Virus record (IMG/VR): IMGVR_UViG_3300020331_000002
Reading direction: 5' to 3' (one strand)
Length of the DNA stretch: 64,000 nucleotides
Origin: a virus
Lineage: Duplodnaviria; Caudoviricetes
Shown here in pieces: positions 54,944 through 64,000 of this stretch. A model generated the notes under the pieces. It saw only the letters and a program-made list of their open reading frames with translations, was not told the DNA's origin and did no database searches. The translations under genes were made by a program, and so were the position numbers. Position 1 is the first letter of the stretch; every line of letters begins with the position of its first letter.

Positions 54944-54971
54944 TTGACATTCAATCTTAATACCGTAATAT
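54944..54971 (+). promoter_or_regulatory. Sigma70-type promoter
   Basis: TTGACA-N16-TAATAT with an A-rich UP-like tract. Confidence 0.65.
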
Positions 54972-55010
54972 CGCTGTGAAAGTTGAACACCTAACAAACA
55001 AAAGGAGAGT

Positions 55011-55802
55011 ATGATGTCAACACTTTCAAAAGCTATTCCGGCAAATGCCTCAGCGTTCCTAGCACGTTGGAAGACTAATACAGTAACGGCTACCGTTACT
55101 GCAACGAAGGGATGGGGTGGTCCTAATGATACAACATCAAAAATCACTATCGCTGTTCCTGAAGCCGTGCAGAAATACTTTAACAGAAACGTTATTGTGA
55201 AATGGCAGCGTTGTGGACGTTTACTTATCCTACGCGACTGCGATGGGCTATGGTTGCGCCGCGCTGAAAACGTAGGTGATCAGTGTTTTGGCGTTAGTTT
55301 GACGTATTACTTATACGGGTTCAAGCATTTGCGCCGTGCGGCTGGCGTTGAGCCGTTTAACTTAGATTATACGCTGCCGTCGTTTTCGACTAAGCGTATG
55401 GTTGAAATGGCTGAGTCGCACATCAAATGGCAGCCTGACATTGCTTTTGATAGAATCCAGCGCTTCCCGGCTCAGGAAATTGAAAGCGAGGAGGATCCGC
55501 ACTCGTGTATAAGTAAAGGAATATTTTTCCACGAAATGGAAAAAAGAAGACCCGGTCCACGCTCGTCACTGTATAGTATTGAAACAACACCTGTGACTAA
55601 GGTGCCAACAACACGCAACATGCCGAAGCGTAATACTGTTGACACGATTGCTGTTTACACTGGCGAAGCGGACGACACTGAAGAACGTCTTGACGATCTC
55701 GAAAATGCGATGGTTGAAATGGTTGAATCCAATGATACCGTAACAATACGCGGCATTGAGTTCAGTATCACTGACGCACGTAAACTACTAGGTATCGCTT
55801 AA
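55011..55802 (+). CDS. Early hypothetical protein
   Basis: AAGGAG RBS; 263 aa. Confidence 0.75.
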   Translation: MMSTLSKAIPANASAFLARWKTNTVTATVTATKGWGGPNDTTSKITIAVPEAVQKYFNRNVIVKWQRCGRLLILRDCDGLWLRRAENVGDQCFGVSLTYYLYGFKHLRRAAGVEPFNLDYTLPSFSTKRMVEMAESHIKWQPDIAFDRIQRFPAQEIESEEDPHSCISKGIFFHEMEKRRPGPRSSLYSIETTPVTKVPTTRNMPKRNTVDTIAVYTGEADDTEERLDDLENAMVEMVESNDTVTIRGIEFSITDARKLLGIA

Positions 55803-56173
55803 TGGATGCCGCTAACACTGAGAAAAATAGCGCACAGGGCCTTGTGGTCCTAGGCGCTTACGTAGTTGCATTATGGTCAATTGGGCAGTCGCTACTGTCT
55901 GCGATCGTACATGGCGGTGACTGGATATACATAGCTTGCTATGCTGCGATAATGGCCATTGGTGCTTTTATAGTGGATAAGCGTATGCTATTTGATCACC
56001 TAGTTGTTAGCGCGGTAGGACTCGTGTATATGGTCGCTATTAGCTTCACATCGTTTGATATTTTCGTTGAATACACCTTCTTGTATAGTGTGATGTATGT
56101 TTTCTGGTTGGTTACCGGGCTCTTACACTTTAGGCTACTTGTGCAGAACCATATTATTTCTACTAATGAATAG
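55802..56173 (+). CDS. Four-TM membrane protein
   Basis: Four hydrophobic helices; TAATG coupling. Confidence 0.7.
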   Translation: MDAANTEKNSAQGLVVLGAYVVALWSIGQSLLSAIVHGGDWIYIACYAAIMAIGAFIVDKRMLFDHLVVSAVGLVYMVAISFTSFDIFVEYTFLYSVMYVFWLVTGLLHFRLLVQNHIISTNE

Positions 56174-56192
56174 GGGCTATACCGCCCCTATT
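56169..56192. terminator. Hairpin between convergent operons
   Basis: aataggggc-tatacc-gcccctatt. Confidence 0.8.
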
Positions 56193-56833
56193 ACCATAAA
56201 ACGTCTATAAACCCCTAAGTCGAGATTGCCTAAATACTCGATCTCTGTTAAGTTGCTTTTTTCGGATAACTCGTCTCTGCTGTTTACGCAATTTATGTGC
56301 CCGGCAATGTTATGTGCGTCGTTATTCTGTAGAATAACCGTAGTTCCCTTTTCTAACATACTCACCCAAGCCGGTATATCAGCTATGTGCTCGGATGAAG
56401 TGTTAATGACTATGTCGTAGCCAGAATAGTCGAAGTCGTACATATCACCTGTTACGGCGTCTAAGTTATCGACTTGGTAATTCATAGCGTCAGCGAACGT
56501 CTTACAGCGTGGATCAATATCCAGCATTGTTACGAACGCATGCGGCATCACTTCTTTAATCATAGCACCCAACAAACCAAACCATGATCCTACAATCAGT
56601 ATGGTAGGCTGATCGTATAAAGGCACTACACGATCAAGAACCCAAAGTTTGCTGACTATTTGTCCTCGACTAAACATGTCACGCACTTCGTCAGGCCTAG
56701 GCTGTAGTTCCGGATCAGTGCCGTATTGCGCGCCGGTGAATCGTATCATTAACCCGGGGTTAATGGACTTTTGCCATGTATGTACTAGGTAATCGATCGA
56801 CGGGGTGCGCGTGTTGGGCTTGATAAATCTCAT
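56177..56833 (-). CDS. Class I SAM-dependent methyltransferase
   Basis: ILIVGSWFG, LDID, GDM, VINTSSEH motifs. Confidence 0.8.
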   Translation of the reverse strand: MRFIKPNTRTPSIDYLVHTWQKSINPGLMIRFTGAQYGTDPELQPRPDEVRDMFSRGQIVSKLWVLDRVVPLYDQPTILIVGSWFGLLGAMIKEVMPHAFVTMLDIDPRCKTFADAMNYQVDNLDAVTGDMYDFDYSGYDIVINTSSEHIADIPAWVSMLEKGTTVILQNNDAHNIAGHINCVNSRDELSEKSNLTEIEYLGNLDLGVYRRFMVIGAV

Positions 56834-57816
56834 GATAAATCCTTAATAAGGCGTTGTGTTGCTTCCTCCGTTGCAGTGTGTGCCAAATTTGGAATATAAG
56901 GCGCAGTTGCCACGTAAAAGCTGCTACTCTGTGCGTCTAATAAATGGAAGTTGAGTGTAACTTCTGCTCGGATAAGTTCGCCTAACTCTTCACACCATTC
57001 ACGCGCAAGGTTTTCGGAAAATTCCAATGAACAGAATTCACTTTTGGGCATAGCGATCCTTGGCACAACTTCCTTCTCCCATAACTCGTGGTTGAGGTAA
57101 GTAAAGTCGCGTACCTGGATAAAGTCCCAGTCAGTTGCTATAGTCTTGTAGAACCCAAGACGTGCGCCAAGTATAGCGAATATACCATTGGCTACGTGTT
57201 GACCGACTGACATCCATACACATAAACGTCTAATGTTGCCGTGCCATACCTGGGATAAGAATTTAGAAGGGTGAACCTTTTCACCACGATCCAGTGCAAG
57301 CTTGCATCCTTCACGGAACCCTGCTCTAAATGCCATGCGCGGACTTGCGTTTTGGTATGTGCGACAATAAGCGTTAGTCATTTGCACGTAGCGGTCCTCC
57401 CAGCAAAAATCAACCTTAGCTCTTGGGTCAGTTGCATTTTCGTGGGTTTTCATATCTTTTACGTACTGCGTAGGCCAGCATTTGAGACCGCCGTTGCCGT
57501 ATTGTAGGCCGTTTATTTCGTTTACCGCTGCCCACGACAGTACCTTGTCTTTAAAACGCGCAGATTCGAAGTCATAAACCATATCAAAGAATTTTTCATC
57601 AACACGGTTATCGGCGTCTACTGTGATAAAGCGCTCAGCATCACCAACTGTTTCGGCTGCTGCTTTGTGTGCATTGTCGGAACCCTCAACCCCGTGAACG
57701 CGGGTTGCCCACGGCACAAGGTTAAGTAAATGATGGAAGTTTTCGTCTGCGTTTTCTTCGTCGTATGACATGAATACGACTGGAAACTCACTCAGTCGTG
57801 TCTTTGATGAATTCAT
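56830..57816 (-). CDS. GT-A-like glycosyltransferase (probable start near 57798)
   Basis: FMSYDE..AD.N, RVHGVEG...AH.AAA, FITVDADN (DxD), YGNGGLKCWP. Confidence 0.7.
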   Translation of the reverse strand: MNSSKTRLSEFPVVFMSYDEENADENFHHLLNLVPWATRVHGVEGSDNAHKAAAETVGDAERFITVDADNRVDEKFFDMVYDFESARFKDKVLSWAAVNEINGLQYGNGGLKCWPTQYVKDMKTHENATDPRAKVDFCWEDRYVQMTNAYCRTYQNASPRMAFRAGFREGCKLALDRGEKVHPSKFLSQVWHGNIRRLCVWMSVGQHVANGIFAILGARLGFYKTIATDWDFIQVRDFTYLNHELWEKEVVPRIAMPKSEFCSLEFSENLAREWCEELGELIRAEVTLNFHLLDAQSSSFYVATAPYIPNLAHTATEEATQRLIKDLS

Positions 57817-58297
57817 ATGTTAGTGTTCCTCGGTCGCCTAAAAGCACTGGTTCACAGTACTCATTCATATAAGGCATATCTGTTTCGTGGTATTTACTAA
57901 CAAGAATATCTCGGTTAATAGAAATTGTACCAATTACATAAACAGGATGGCGTCTATCTCTGAAGTATATGGTTGTACCTATGTCTACTGCGCCAGCGAC
58001 GGTAACTGATACGGTTGTGCCCTTCACAGACACTCGTAGGTCTTCGTTGCCGTTATTTGTAGGGAAAGACAACCAAGGTGTAGATGGCCTTGATTGGCGC
58101 TTGACAACGGGTTCTATGGTAGGCTCAGCGCGACTGAGATCAACGTAGAAATTTCTAAGGTCAACCTCGCCGCTATGTACTTTAGACATGTACTCTTCAT
58201 CTACCACGATATACGGCAAGTCGAGCGCTTCGACAGTGCCCGGACTTGTGCCTCTGATCTTACCAGTTGTTGATTCGTAATAAATGTTATAGTGCAT
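57788..58297 (-). CDS. Hypothetical protein of the glycosylation operon
   Basis: Coupled ORF. Confidence 0.65.
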   Translation of the reverse strand: MHYNIYYESTTGKIRGTSPGTVEALDLPYIVVDEEYMSKVHSGEVDLRNFYVDLSRAEPTIEPVVKRQSRPSTPWLSFPTNNGNEDLRVSVKGTTVSVTVAGAVDIGTTIYFRDRRHPVYVIGTISINRDILVSKYHETDMPYMNEYCEPVLLGDRGTLTYEFIKDTTE

Positions 58298-59112
58298 TAC
58301 TTAAACCACTTTTCTGCTTCTGTTATGTCAAAAATAGGATTTCTTCCATAGTGCAACGGCGCATTAAACGAAAAGTCGTTGATGGTATAATCGTCTTCAT
58401 TCAAACAAATACGGTTGCACTGATTCAAGTCCTTTGCGTCAATATAATCCATAGGTCCGTTGTGACTTACTAATGGATGATTATCAAGCCCACTTGCTCG
58501 CAATGCTAGTGATATACATGTCGCGATATGCAGCTCATCCGGACGCGACTGTACCTTTAGCTCGACACGGTAAGCATCTTCGTGATCATGCATATACTGC
58601 CTAAACAAGTCAAAGAACTCAAATACTTCTTTATTCTTAGCAAAGTAAATCATATCTTTACATACCGGTACCAGACCGTTATCACGCATGGGCACAAACT
58701 CAGGCGCTATCTGTTGTGGTTCGTTTAACTTGATTGGTGTAGATAATATGCAATTGTCTAATGCTGCCCAGTCAGAGTCCAAATCAGTAGATGGTGTGAC
58801 TAGCACATCAGCTGACATGAGAATGGTTTTTTCGTACGGGGTGGCATGTACCGCTTTCGGATAGTTAAGGATCCTTGGCAAGCTTTTCACACTACTATCA
58901 TCGCCCCACGGCGCCGCAATTACTTGATCAAAAGCATCGCGGTATTCTTCTTTAATGGTACCATCACCTGTGATAACAGATACTGAGCGGTACTTGTTGC
59001 TCGTAACTGATATACATTTTGCTAGGAGCCAAGCACGGTACTCGTAATCTACGATCACGTTGCCGTTCTCGTCCTCAAGATTTTGGGCGATAACCAAAAA
59101 ACCCCTGTTCAT
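58297..59112 (-). CDS. GT-A (GT8-like) glycosyltransferase-like protein with altered DxD
   Basis: GFLVIAQN, DY...A..LA..I, FDQVI, TPYEKTILMSADVL, LHYG. Confidence 0.65.
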   Translation of the reverse strand: MNRGFLVIAQNLEDENGNVIVDYEYRAWLLAKCISVTSNKYRSVSVITGDGTIKEEYRDAFDQVIAAPWGDDSSVKSLPRILNYPKAVHATPYEKTILMSADVLVTPSTDLDSDWAALDNCILSTPIKLNEPQQIAPEFVPMRDNGLVPVCKDMIYFAKNKEVFEFFDLFRQYMHDHEDAYRVELKVQSRPDELHIATCISLALRASGLDNHPLVSHNGPMDYIDAKDLNQCNRICLNEDDYTINDFSFNAPLHYGRNPIFDITEAEKWFK

Positions 59113-59123
59113 CTTTTAATCCT

Positions 59124-59810
59124 TCATAATATTTTACTGTGTGGATCTTCAATTACAAAGTCTGACAGTATTTTGATGATGATAACGTCGTCGTCATCTT
59201 CCGTTACTAACGCAAAGTCTGAACCGATGTTACTGATAGTAGCACCAGGCTCAACAACTGAAACATCACCTGCGTTGATAAAGCTAGGCGACATCTTGAA
59301 CTCGTCCCATAGAACACTAACTGCGCCACTAAAGTCGGAAACCGTCTTTGGTATTTTAAAGGCACGCCTAATGTACTCGTAATTATTGCATATAGAGAAG
59401 AACGTTAACGCTATTGACGTGTCAATATCGAGTGGCGTTTCTCCCTCGCGGTACTTGAGAATGATGCATTCACCATGTACTCGTCTTAAGTAGGTAGCCG
59501 GCACAGTGTCTTTACCGTTTACGTCGTCTACCCATACTGCGCCTGATACGTCGGTATCCCGTACGAACCTAGCAGTGTCTTCTACCACTTTTGATTGTGG
59601 TATAAAATTAGTTGTAGCGACTACGCACGTTTTCTGAGCGCCGTGCTCAATCACATTTTCTGTTATTTTACGGGTGTCAGATGCCCTTGCGATAACCATG
59701 TTGTCGGCTAGCTCTGGCATATACTTTTGCCATTGTGCTTCGACTAAAGCAGACCTTGCTTCGTCACCTTTAGGCGACATGTCTAGTAACACTAAAACAA
59801 CATTATTCAT
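59124..59810 (-). CDS. Hypothetical protein of the glycosylation operon (possible degenerate GT fold)
   Basis: Coupled ORF. Confidence 0.6.
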   Translation of the reverse strand: MNNVVLVLLDMSPKGDEARSALVEAQWQKYMPELADNMVIARASDTRKITENVIEHGAQKTCVVATTNFIPQSKVVEDTARFVRDTDVSGAVWVDDVNGKDTVPATYLRRVHGECIILKYREGETPLDIDTSIALTFFSICNNYEYIRRAFKIPKTVSDFSGAVSVLWDEFKMSPSFINAGDVSVVEPGATISNIGSDFALVTEDDDDVIIIKILSDFVIEDPHSKIL

Positions 59811-60151
59811 TTGTTATAAATATCCTCAACTGATTTTGACGATATTACGCGGTTATACGCCACGGTGTATGCGTTAACAGCCTCACGCTCCTTGGCTATC
59901 AAACGCTTGAAAAAGTCTTCGGGGTTATGAATCTCAACCGGACGTTGATGATCATCTAAAATGGTGTATGATTTGTTGCCCAAGTCGTGCATAGCCTTCG
60001 CATAACAAATCAACTCTCTGGTGGCTGCGAAACAACCGTTCCCGTAGTACAACACGCGATCGCGTTCTACTACTTTTTGTAGCTGACGAATTTGTTGATT
60101 GGCTGCTTTTCGTAAATTGGCCTGTTTGAGTAATGTACCTAGCTTATCCAT
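59807..60151 (-). CDS. Hypothetical protein, first gene of the minus-strand operon
   Basis: YGNGCF.AT.ELI, ILDD...PVEI pattern; AAGGT RBS. Confidence 0.7.
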   Translation of the reverse strand: MDKLGTLLKQANLRKAANQQIRQLQKVVERDRVLYYGNGCFAATRELICYAKAMHDLGNKSYTILDDHQRPVEIHNPEDFFKRLIAKEREAVNAYTVAYNRVISSKSVEDIYNK

Positions 60152-60184
60152 ACCTTTAACCTCGTTTACACTAAAGTATACTTT

Positions 60185-60233
60185 TATTTATTGTTCGCTA
60201 AATCGCCTGCATTAAATCTTTCCGTGCTAAATA
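60185..60233. promoter_or_regulatory. Divergent pair of late promoters (TAAATA minus 60185-90; plus 60228-33)
   Basis: One hexamer faces each flanking operon. Confidence 0.6.
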
Positions 60234-60264
60234 CCAATAAACCAAAATCGTGAGGTAATACAAA

Positions 60265-60831
60265 ATGGGTAGACCAGTTAAATCTACATACTTCGGAAAA
60301 CCAACCGGCAAACAGGCACAGATTGCATATACCGTGTCTAGTTCTGGTAAGGTACAGCCAATCATTAAAGAAGCTGGCGAAGGCTACAATAGCAAATTTA
60401 AGCTAGAAATAAAAGCTAAAGATGAAGAAGGCGAAGACGTATTGGCAGAACTTTCTGTTTCTGTTAAAGACGGTGCAGTGTCTGAAGTATCAGTAGCACA
60501 AACAGGTGAGTTTCCTGCTAACAAAAAACACACACCGCTAGGCGGTATTCCCGCGCCTGTTTCTGGCGGCGGCGTTATTGTTGGCAAGGGTGTTATTGAC
60601 GAAAAGATCGGCGTTGAAGATGTATTCATCATCAAGCAACGTGGCCAGCGCAAATATGCAATTGGCGCAGTAGCAGACGAAACCCGTACAGGTGTCGGTA
60701 GTCTAGTAGAAAAGGCTGAGTCACTTGGTGACCTGGAAGTATCTGCAGGCGACGCAAAGGTACATACCATCCAGCAATATCAAGTGAAGACATTCGGTGG
60801 TGAAATCAAACCAATTTCCGATATTCTTTAA
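60265..60831 (+). CDS. Late structural protein (MGRPVKSTYFG N-terminus)
   Basis: GAGGT RBS; one GEGY repeat unit; IIKQRG.RKY motif. Confidence 0.7.
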   Translation: MGRPVKSTYFGKPTGKQAQIAYTVSSSGKVQPIIKEAGEGYNSKFKLEIKAKDEEGEDVLAELSVSVKDGAVSEVSVAQTGEFPANKKHTPLGGIPAPVSGGGVIVGKGVIDEKIGVEDVFIIKQRGQRKYAIGAVADETRTGVGSLVEKAESLGDLEVSAGDAKVHTIQQYQVKTFGGEIKPISDIL

Positions 60832-60860
60832 TTGACAAAGTTTGCAAGATCTGTTATCGT
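60832..60860 (+). promoter_or_regulatory. Sigma70-type promoter
   Basis: TTGACA-N17-TATCGT with extended TG. Confidence 0.65.
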
Positions 60861-60893
60861 ATTGGTAATTATAATAACGATAATGGATCTTGC

Positions 60894-61181
60894 ATGGAAA
60901 CCTTTATAGAAGTTGTACTCCAAGCCTTAGTGGCACTCGCTGCTATTGGCGTCTCAGATGGCGCACGTAGGAAGATGTATGCCTGCGCTCGTGGCATTGA
61001 AACAGACGACCCCGAATTCAACGACGCGTATCATGAATTTCTAGATTATAACAAAGGCGTGGTGTCACGCGACACACTCATTATATTCGTTGCTGCCATA
61101 GTCGCTATTCAATTTATTGGTATGGTACCCACCACCTGTGTTATTGTTGCTTGGTACATGTGGTTTACGAGAAACCTATGA
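60894..61181 (+). CDS. Small membrane protein
   Basis: Two to three hydrophobic stretches. Confidence 0.65.
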   Translation: METFIEVVLQALVALAAIGVSDGARRKMYACARGIETDDPEFNDAYHEFLDYNKGVVSRDTLIIFVAAIVAIQFIGMVPTTCVIVAWYMWFTRNL

Positions 61182-61483
61182 TTTCAAAACTACTAGAAGA
61201 ACACGGCCTACTAAATCGTAATGTAGGCGCAGCACGAACCATCAACGACATTCTTATCGAGTACAAGCGTAACCACAAGTATCGTGAACGCTTGCTTCAT
61301 ACTATCATGGCACATGATAAAGAATCAGACCACGAGGGTGATTACCTAAAAGGCTTGAAAGCTGCCCTTGCCATGCTCGACGGCTGTGACGATGTTGAAG
61401 CACCTCCCAGTGATGCTGAGATTGAACACAATGCCGTAATGATAGGAAATAAATTGCTGCCAACTAAGAAGCGCAATAATTAA
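61178..61483 (+). CDS. Hypothetical protein
   Basis: Probable ATG 61178 (MISKLL), ATGA coupling. Confidence 0.6.
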   Translation: MISKLLEEHGLLNRNVGAARTINDILIEYKRNHKYRERLLHTIMAHDKESDHEGDYLKGLKAALAMLDGCDDVEAPPSDAEIEHNAVMIGNKLLPTKKRNN

Positions 61484-61503
61484 AAACAAAAAGAGATTTA
61501 TCA

Positions 61504-62766
61504 ATGACCGAAATCAATTTGTCAGATATTTCAATCGGGTTCATCGGCCTTGGCAAATTAGGCTTACCGTGCGCTGAAGTATTTGCCCAGCATCATCCAG
61601 TATATGGCTATGATGTAGTCGACTATAACTCATCAGTAATAAACAAGTGCGAAGATATTGAATCTGTAGTTAAGCAGAGCGACTATGTCTTTATCGCAGT
61701 GCCAACCCCGCACGCGCCTGGCTACGGCGGCGAAACACCAACTAGCCACCTCAAACCAACTGACTTTGATTACGGCATTGTGGACAGCGTAATTAAGGAA
61801 GCTGTCAAATATACAGCTGATACTGACACTGTGTTGGTGCTCATCTCTACTGTTTTGCCTGGCACTATTAGTGAACGTTGGCAAGACGATTTAAAGGGTA
61901 CAACATTCATTTACAACCCGTACTTGATTGCTATGGGCACAGTAGCACATGACATGGTTAATCCTGAAATGATTATGATAGGCACAGCTGACGGTGAAAC
62001 TACCGATCAAGCTGAAGTCCTTGCTGCTATGTACAAGAATATGGCCGAAGTAGACAACTTGCGTATCGAATATGGTACACATACTGAGATAGAAGCACTA
62101 AAGGTGTTCTACAATACGTGGATCACAATGAAAGTCACTCTTTGTAATATGGTACAAGACGTGGCTAATGCTGCTGGCAATATGAATGTTGACGTAGTAA
62201 CAGGCGCTCTGGCGCGTTCTGATTTGCGTATCATGTCAGACAAGTACATGACAGCCGGTATGGGTGATGGCGGTGGATGTCACCCTAGAGACAATATTGC
62301 ACTAAGTCAGATGTCATCCAAATACAACCTTGGTTACGATATGTTCGGTGCACTCATTAAAGCACGTGAAGAACAAGCGCGTAATATGGCTGAGTTTCTC
62401 ATGCAATATGATATGCCTGTCGTAATTGTTGGTAAAGCGTACAAGCCAGCTGTGCCTTATTGCGAAGGTTCACCGTCGTTGTTAGTAGGACATTACTTGG
62501 AAGAAAAGGGTACTGAGCTATATTACATAGACAGTTTAGCAAGTAGAACACAGCCTAAAAACTTTCTCAATAAGAAGGTTGTCTACTTACTTGCACACTC
62601 TTACGACGTGACGTACCACAAACAAAAGGCCGCAACGGAAGACTCTGCCCAAGTGCTGTATATATCGCCTGGCTCAGTTGTAGTTGATCCATGGCGCAAA
62701 TTCAAGTCAATCGACGATCGTGTAACAGTAGTTCACTATGGAGACACCCGTGGCAAATCACTATGA
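61504..62766 (+). CDS. UDP-glucose/GDP-mannose 6-dehydrogenase family protein
   Basis: GFIGLGKLG, FIAVPTP, STVLPGT, YNP..IA.G, E..K.FYN, GDGGGCHPRD, KAYKP. Confidence 0.92.
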   Translation: MTEINLSDISIGFIGLGKLGLPCAEVFAQHHPVYGYDVVDYNSSVINKCEDIESVVKQSDYVFIAVPTPHAPGYGGETPTSHLKPTDFDYGIVDSVIKEAVKYTADTDTVLVLISTVLPGTISERWQDDLKGTTFIYNPYLIAMGTVAHDMVNPEMIMIGTADGETTDQAEVLAAMYKNMAEVDNLRIEYGTHTEIEALKVFYNTWITMKVTLCNMVQDVANAAGNMNVDVVTGALARSDLRIMSDKYMTAGMGDGGGCHPRDNIALSQMSSKYNLGYDMFGALIKAREEQARNMAEFLMQYDMPVVIVGKAYKPAVPYCEGSPSLLVGHYLEEKGTELYYIDSLASRTQPKNFLNKKVVYLLAHSYDVTYHKQKAATEDSAQVLYISPGSVVVDPWRKFKSIDDRVTVVHYGDTRGKSL

Positions 62767-63808
62767 TTTTAAATATGCGGTTGATATCGAGTCAGTCGGC
62801 CTCGACTATTGGTGCTGGCTCAACAGCTATAAAAACACGCCCGGTCTAATTAGTGAGATAAGAAGCTTTCATCGCGCTCGTAGACCGTTTAATATTGTGT
62901 GTCCGTACGAAGCATATGTTGGTATAGATAACCAATATAAATCGTTGCTTGAAGCAGTTAACGGCGACGCTGATTATATTAAGAACTATGTCACTGTTAT
63001 CGCCGGTTCTGAACCCCGTAAGAATGCAGAGCGCTATAAACGAGTTGTGTATGGTTCTTTTATCTTTGATTGGATGCAACACGATCCGTACAGTGTGCCT
63101 GCATATAACGATAGAATACCAGAACATGACTTCTTGTCGTTTAATCGCATTATACGCCCGCACCGTTTGATGTTAATTGCTGCACTTGCGCATATAGGCC
63201 TACTTGACAAGAACTTAGTGAGTTACACACTAGCTCAGCTAGAACATTTTCCTAAGTTTGCATTAGACGGGATCGCGTGTATACCGGACGAGCGTGCCAA
63301 AAAGATAACAGAAATATTGGCTGAGCTACCTACTGAACAAAAAGCTGACCCGATTGTATGGGATTCTAATTTGTCAGTAATGACAGCACCAAGTGATCTT
63401 TACGAAAATGCTTTTTATAGCCTTGTAACTGAAACCGCTTTCTTTGAAGATGATCCGTTCTTAACTGAAAAGATTATTAAGCCGCTAACATACGGTCATC
63501 CGTTCATTGCATTAGCACCTAAGAACACACTGACGCTTCTACAAGAGTACGGCTTTAAAACCTATTCAAGTATATTCGATGAATCCTACGACACTGTAGA
63601 TGAAGGCTATGTGCGATTTAGGCGCGTGATAAAGGAAGTTGTCCGTATCGCTAACTTGACACAAGAAGACAAGGCACAATTGTTCACAAGTGCACGTGAA
63701 ATAGGTGAACATAACAGTGCTCACTTTAAGAAGAACGTCAAACAGATAATTGAAATGTCTAGCAACATTAATGAGCACTTGGATATCAAGAACAAAGTCT
63801 TGCGTTAG
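62738..63808 (+). CDS. Glycosyltransferase-like protein (GT10/exostosin-like C-terminal region)
   Basis: FLSFNR..RPHR, YSLVTETAF, FLTEKIIKPL..GHPFI, GFKTY..IFDESYD. Confidence 0.65.
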   Translation: METPVANHYDFKYAVDIESVGLDYWCWLNSYKNTPGLISEIRSFHRARRPFNIVCPYEAYVGIDNQYKSLLEAVNGDADYIKNYVTVIAGSEPRKNAERYKRVVYGSFIFDWMQHDPYSVPAYNDRIPEHDFLSFNRIIRPHRLMLIAALAHIGLLDKNLVSYTLAQLEHFPKFALDGIACIPDERAKKITEILAELPTEQKADPIVWDSNLSVMTAPSDLYENAFYSLVTETAFFEDDPFLTEKIIKPLTYGHPFIALAPKNTLTLLQEYGFKTYSSIFDESYDTVDEGYVRFRRVIKEVVRIANLTQEDKAQLFTSAREIGEHNSAHFKKNVKQIIEMSSNINEHLDIKNKVLR

Positions 63809-63852
63809 TGAATGAAGCGTGTTTTAATGTCGTAATACATTAGGGAGATAGT

Positions 63853-64000
63853 ATGAAGATTTTATCTAAGTTTTATGATTATTACGACAGTTGCCTTGCA
63901 GCTGGTGTAGACACCACTGTTATCTTCAAACGCGAGCAGGAAACAAGTGACTATCGTGATATCCTTGACGAATATTATCAGTACAGAACTGCTCGTGAAC
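63853..64000 (+). CDS. Partial hypothetical protein (MKILSKFYDYYDS...), runs off the window
   Basis: GGGAG RBS; open to the end of the window. Confidence 0.65.
   Translation, partial: MKILSKFYDYYDSCLAAGVDTTVIFKREQETSDYRDILDEYYQYRTARE

Noticed and set aside
696-63778. Many antisense and nested ORFs in the supplied track (e.g. 696..1010, 6298..6846, 16499..16918, 36714..37094, 53088..53552, 60384..60770)
   Set aside because: They are shadows of longer coding genes on the other strand or frame, with no RBS or promoter and biased Ser/Thr-rich composition.
1-64000. tRNA, rRNA or CRISPR arrays
   Set aside because: No cloverleaf with GTTCRA/TGG arms or regularly spaced repeats noticed in the short intergenic gaps; tRNAscan-SE would be decisive.

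Overview
This 64-kb window looks like part of a large (jumbo-type) lytic dsDNA tailed phage genome with T4-related features. It is gene-dense, uses the standard code, and shows no tRNA, CRISPR array or integrase. The host is probably a marine gammaproteobacterium (inference from the class Ia RNR, sigma70 promoters and captured PEP-CTERM-like domains). It contains: late/structural genes behind a recurring TAAATA motif (1-7 kb, 25.4 kb, 47.9-52.8 kb, 56-61 kb); nrdA and nrdB split by a degenerate Hef-like endonuclease; rIIA/rIIB; thyA; folE with two QueD-like T-fold genes and a GT-B glycosyltransferase; an NAD salvage pair (NMNAT-Nudix plus a Nampt broken by one extra base); many small early ORFs behind sigma70 promoters; and sugar-modification genes (glycosyltransferase-like ORFs, SAM methyltransferase, UDP-sugar dehydrogenase). 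The most striking unexplained items are four. (1) A late operon of five genes sharing a mosaic ~49-aa N-terminal module fused to interchangeable surface-type domains. (2) The FolE/QueD/QueD-like/glycosyltransferase cluster, with no QueE, QueC or DpdA in the window. (3) Late promoters embedded in Shine-Dalgarno-sequestering hairpins. (4) An identical 14-nt hairpin element before both NAD-salvage genes. All family assignments come from motif recognition by eye; no database search was run.
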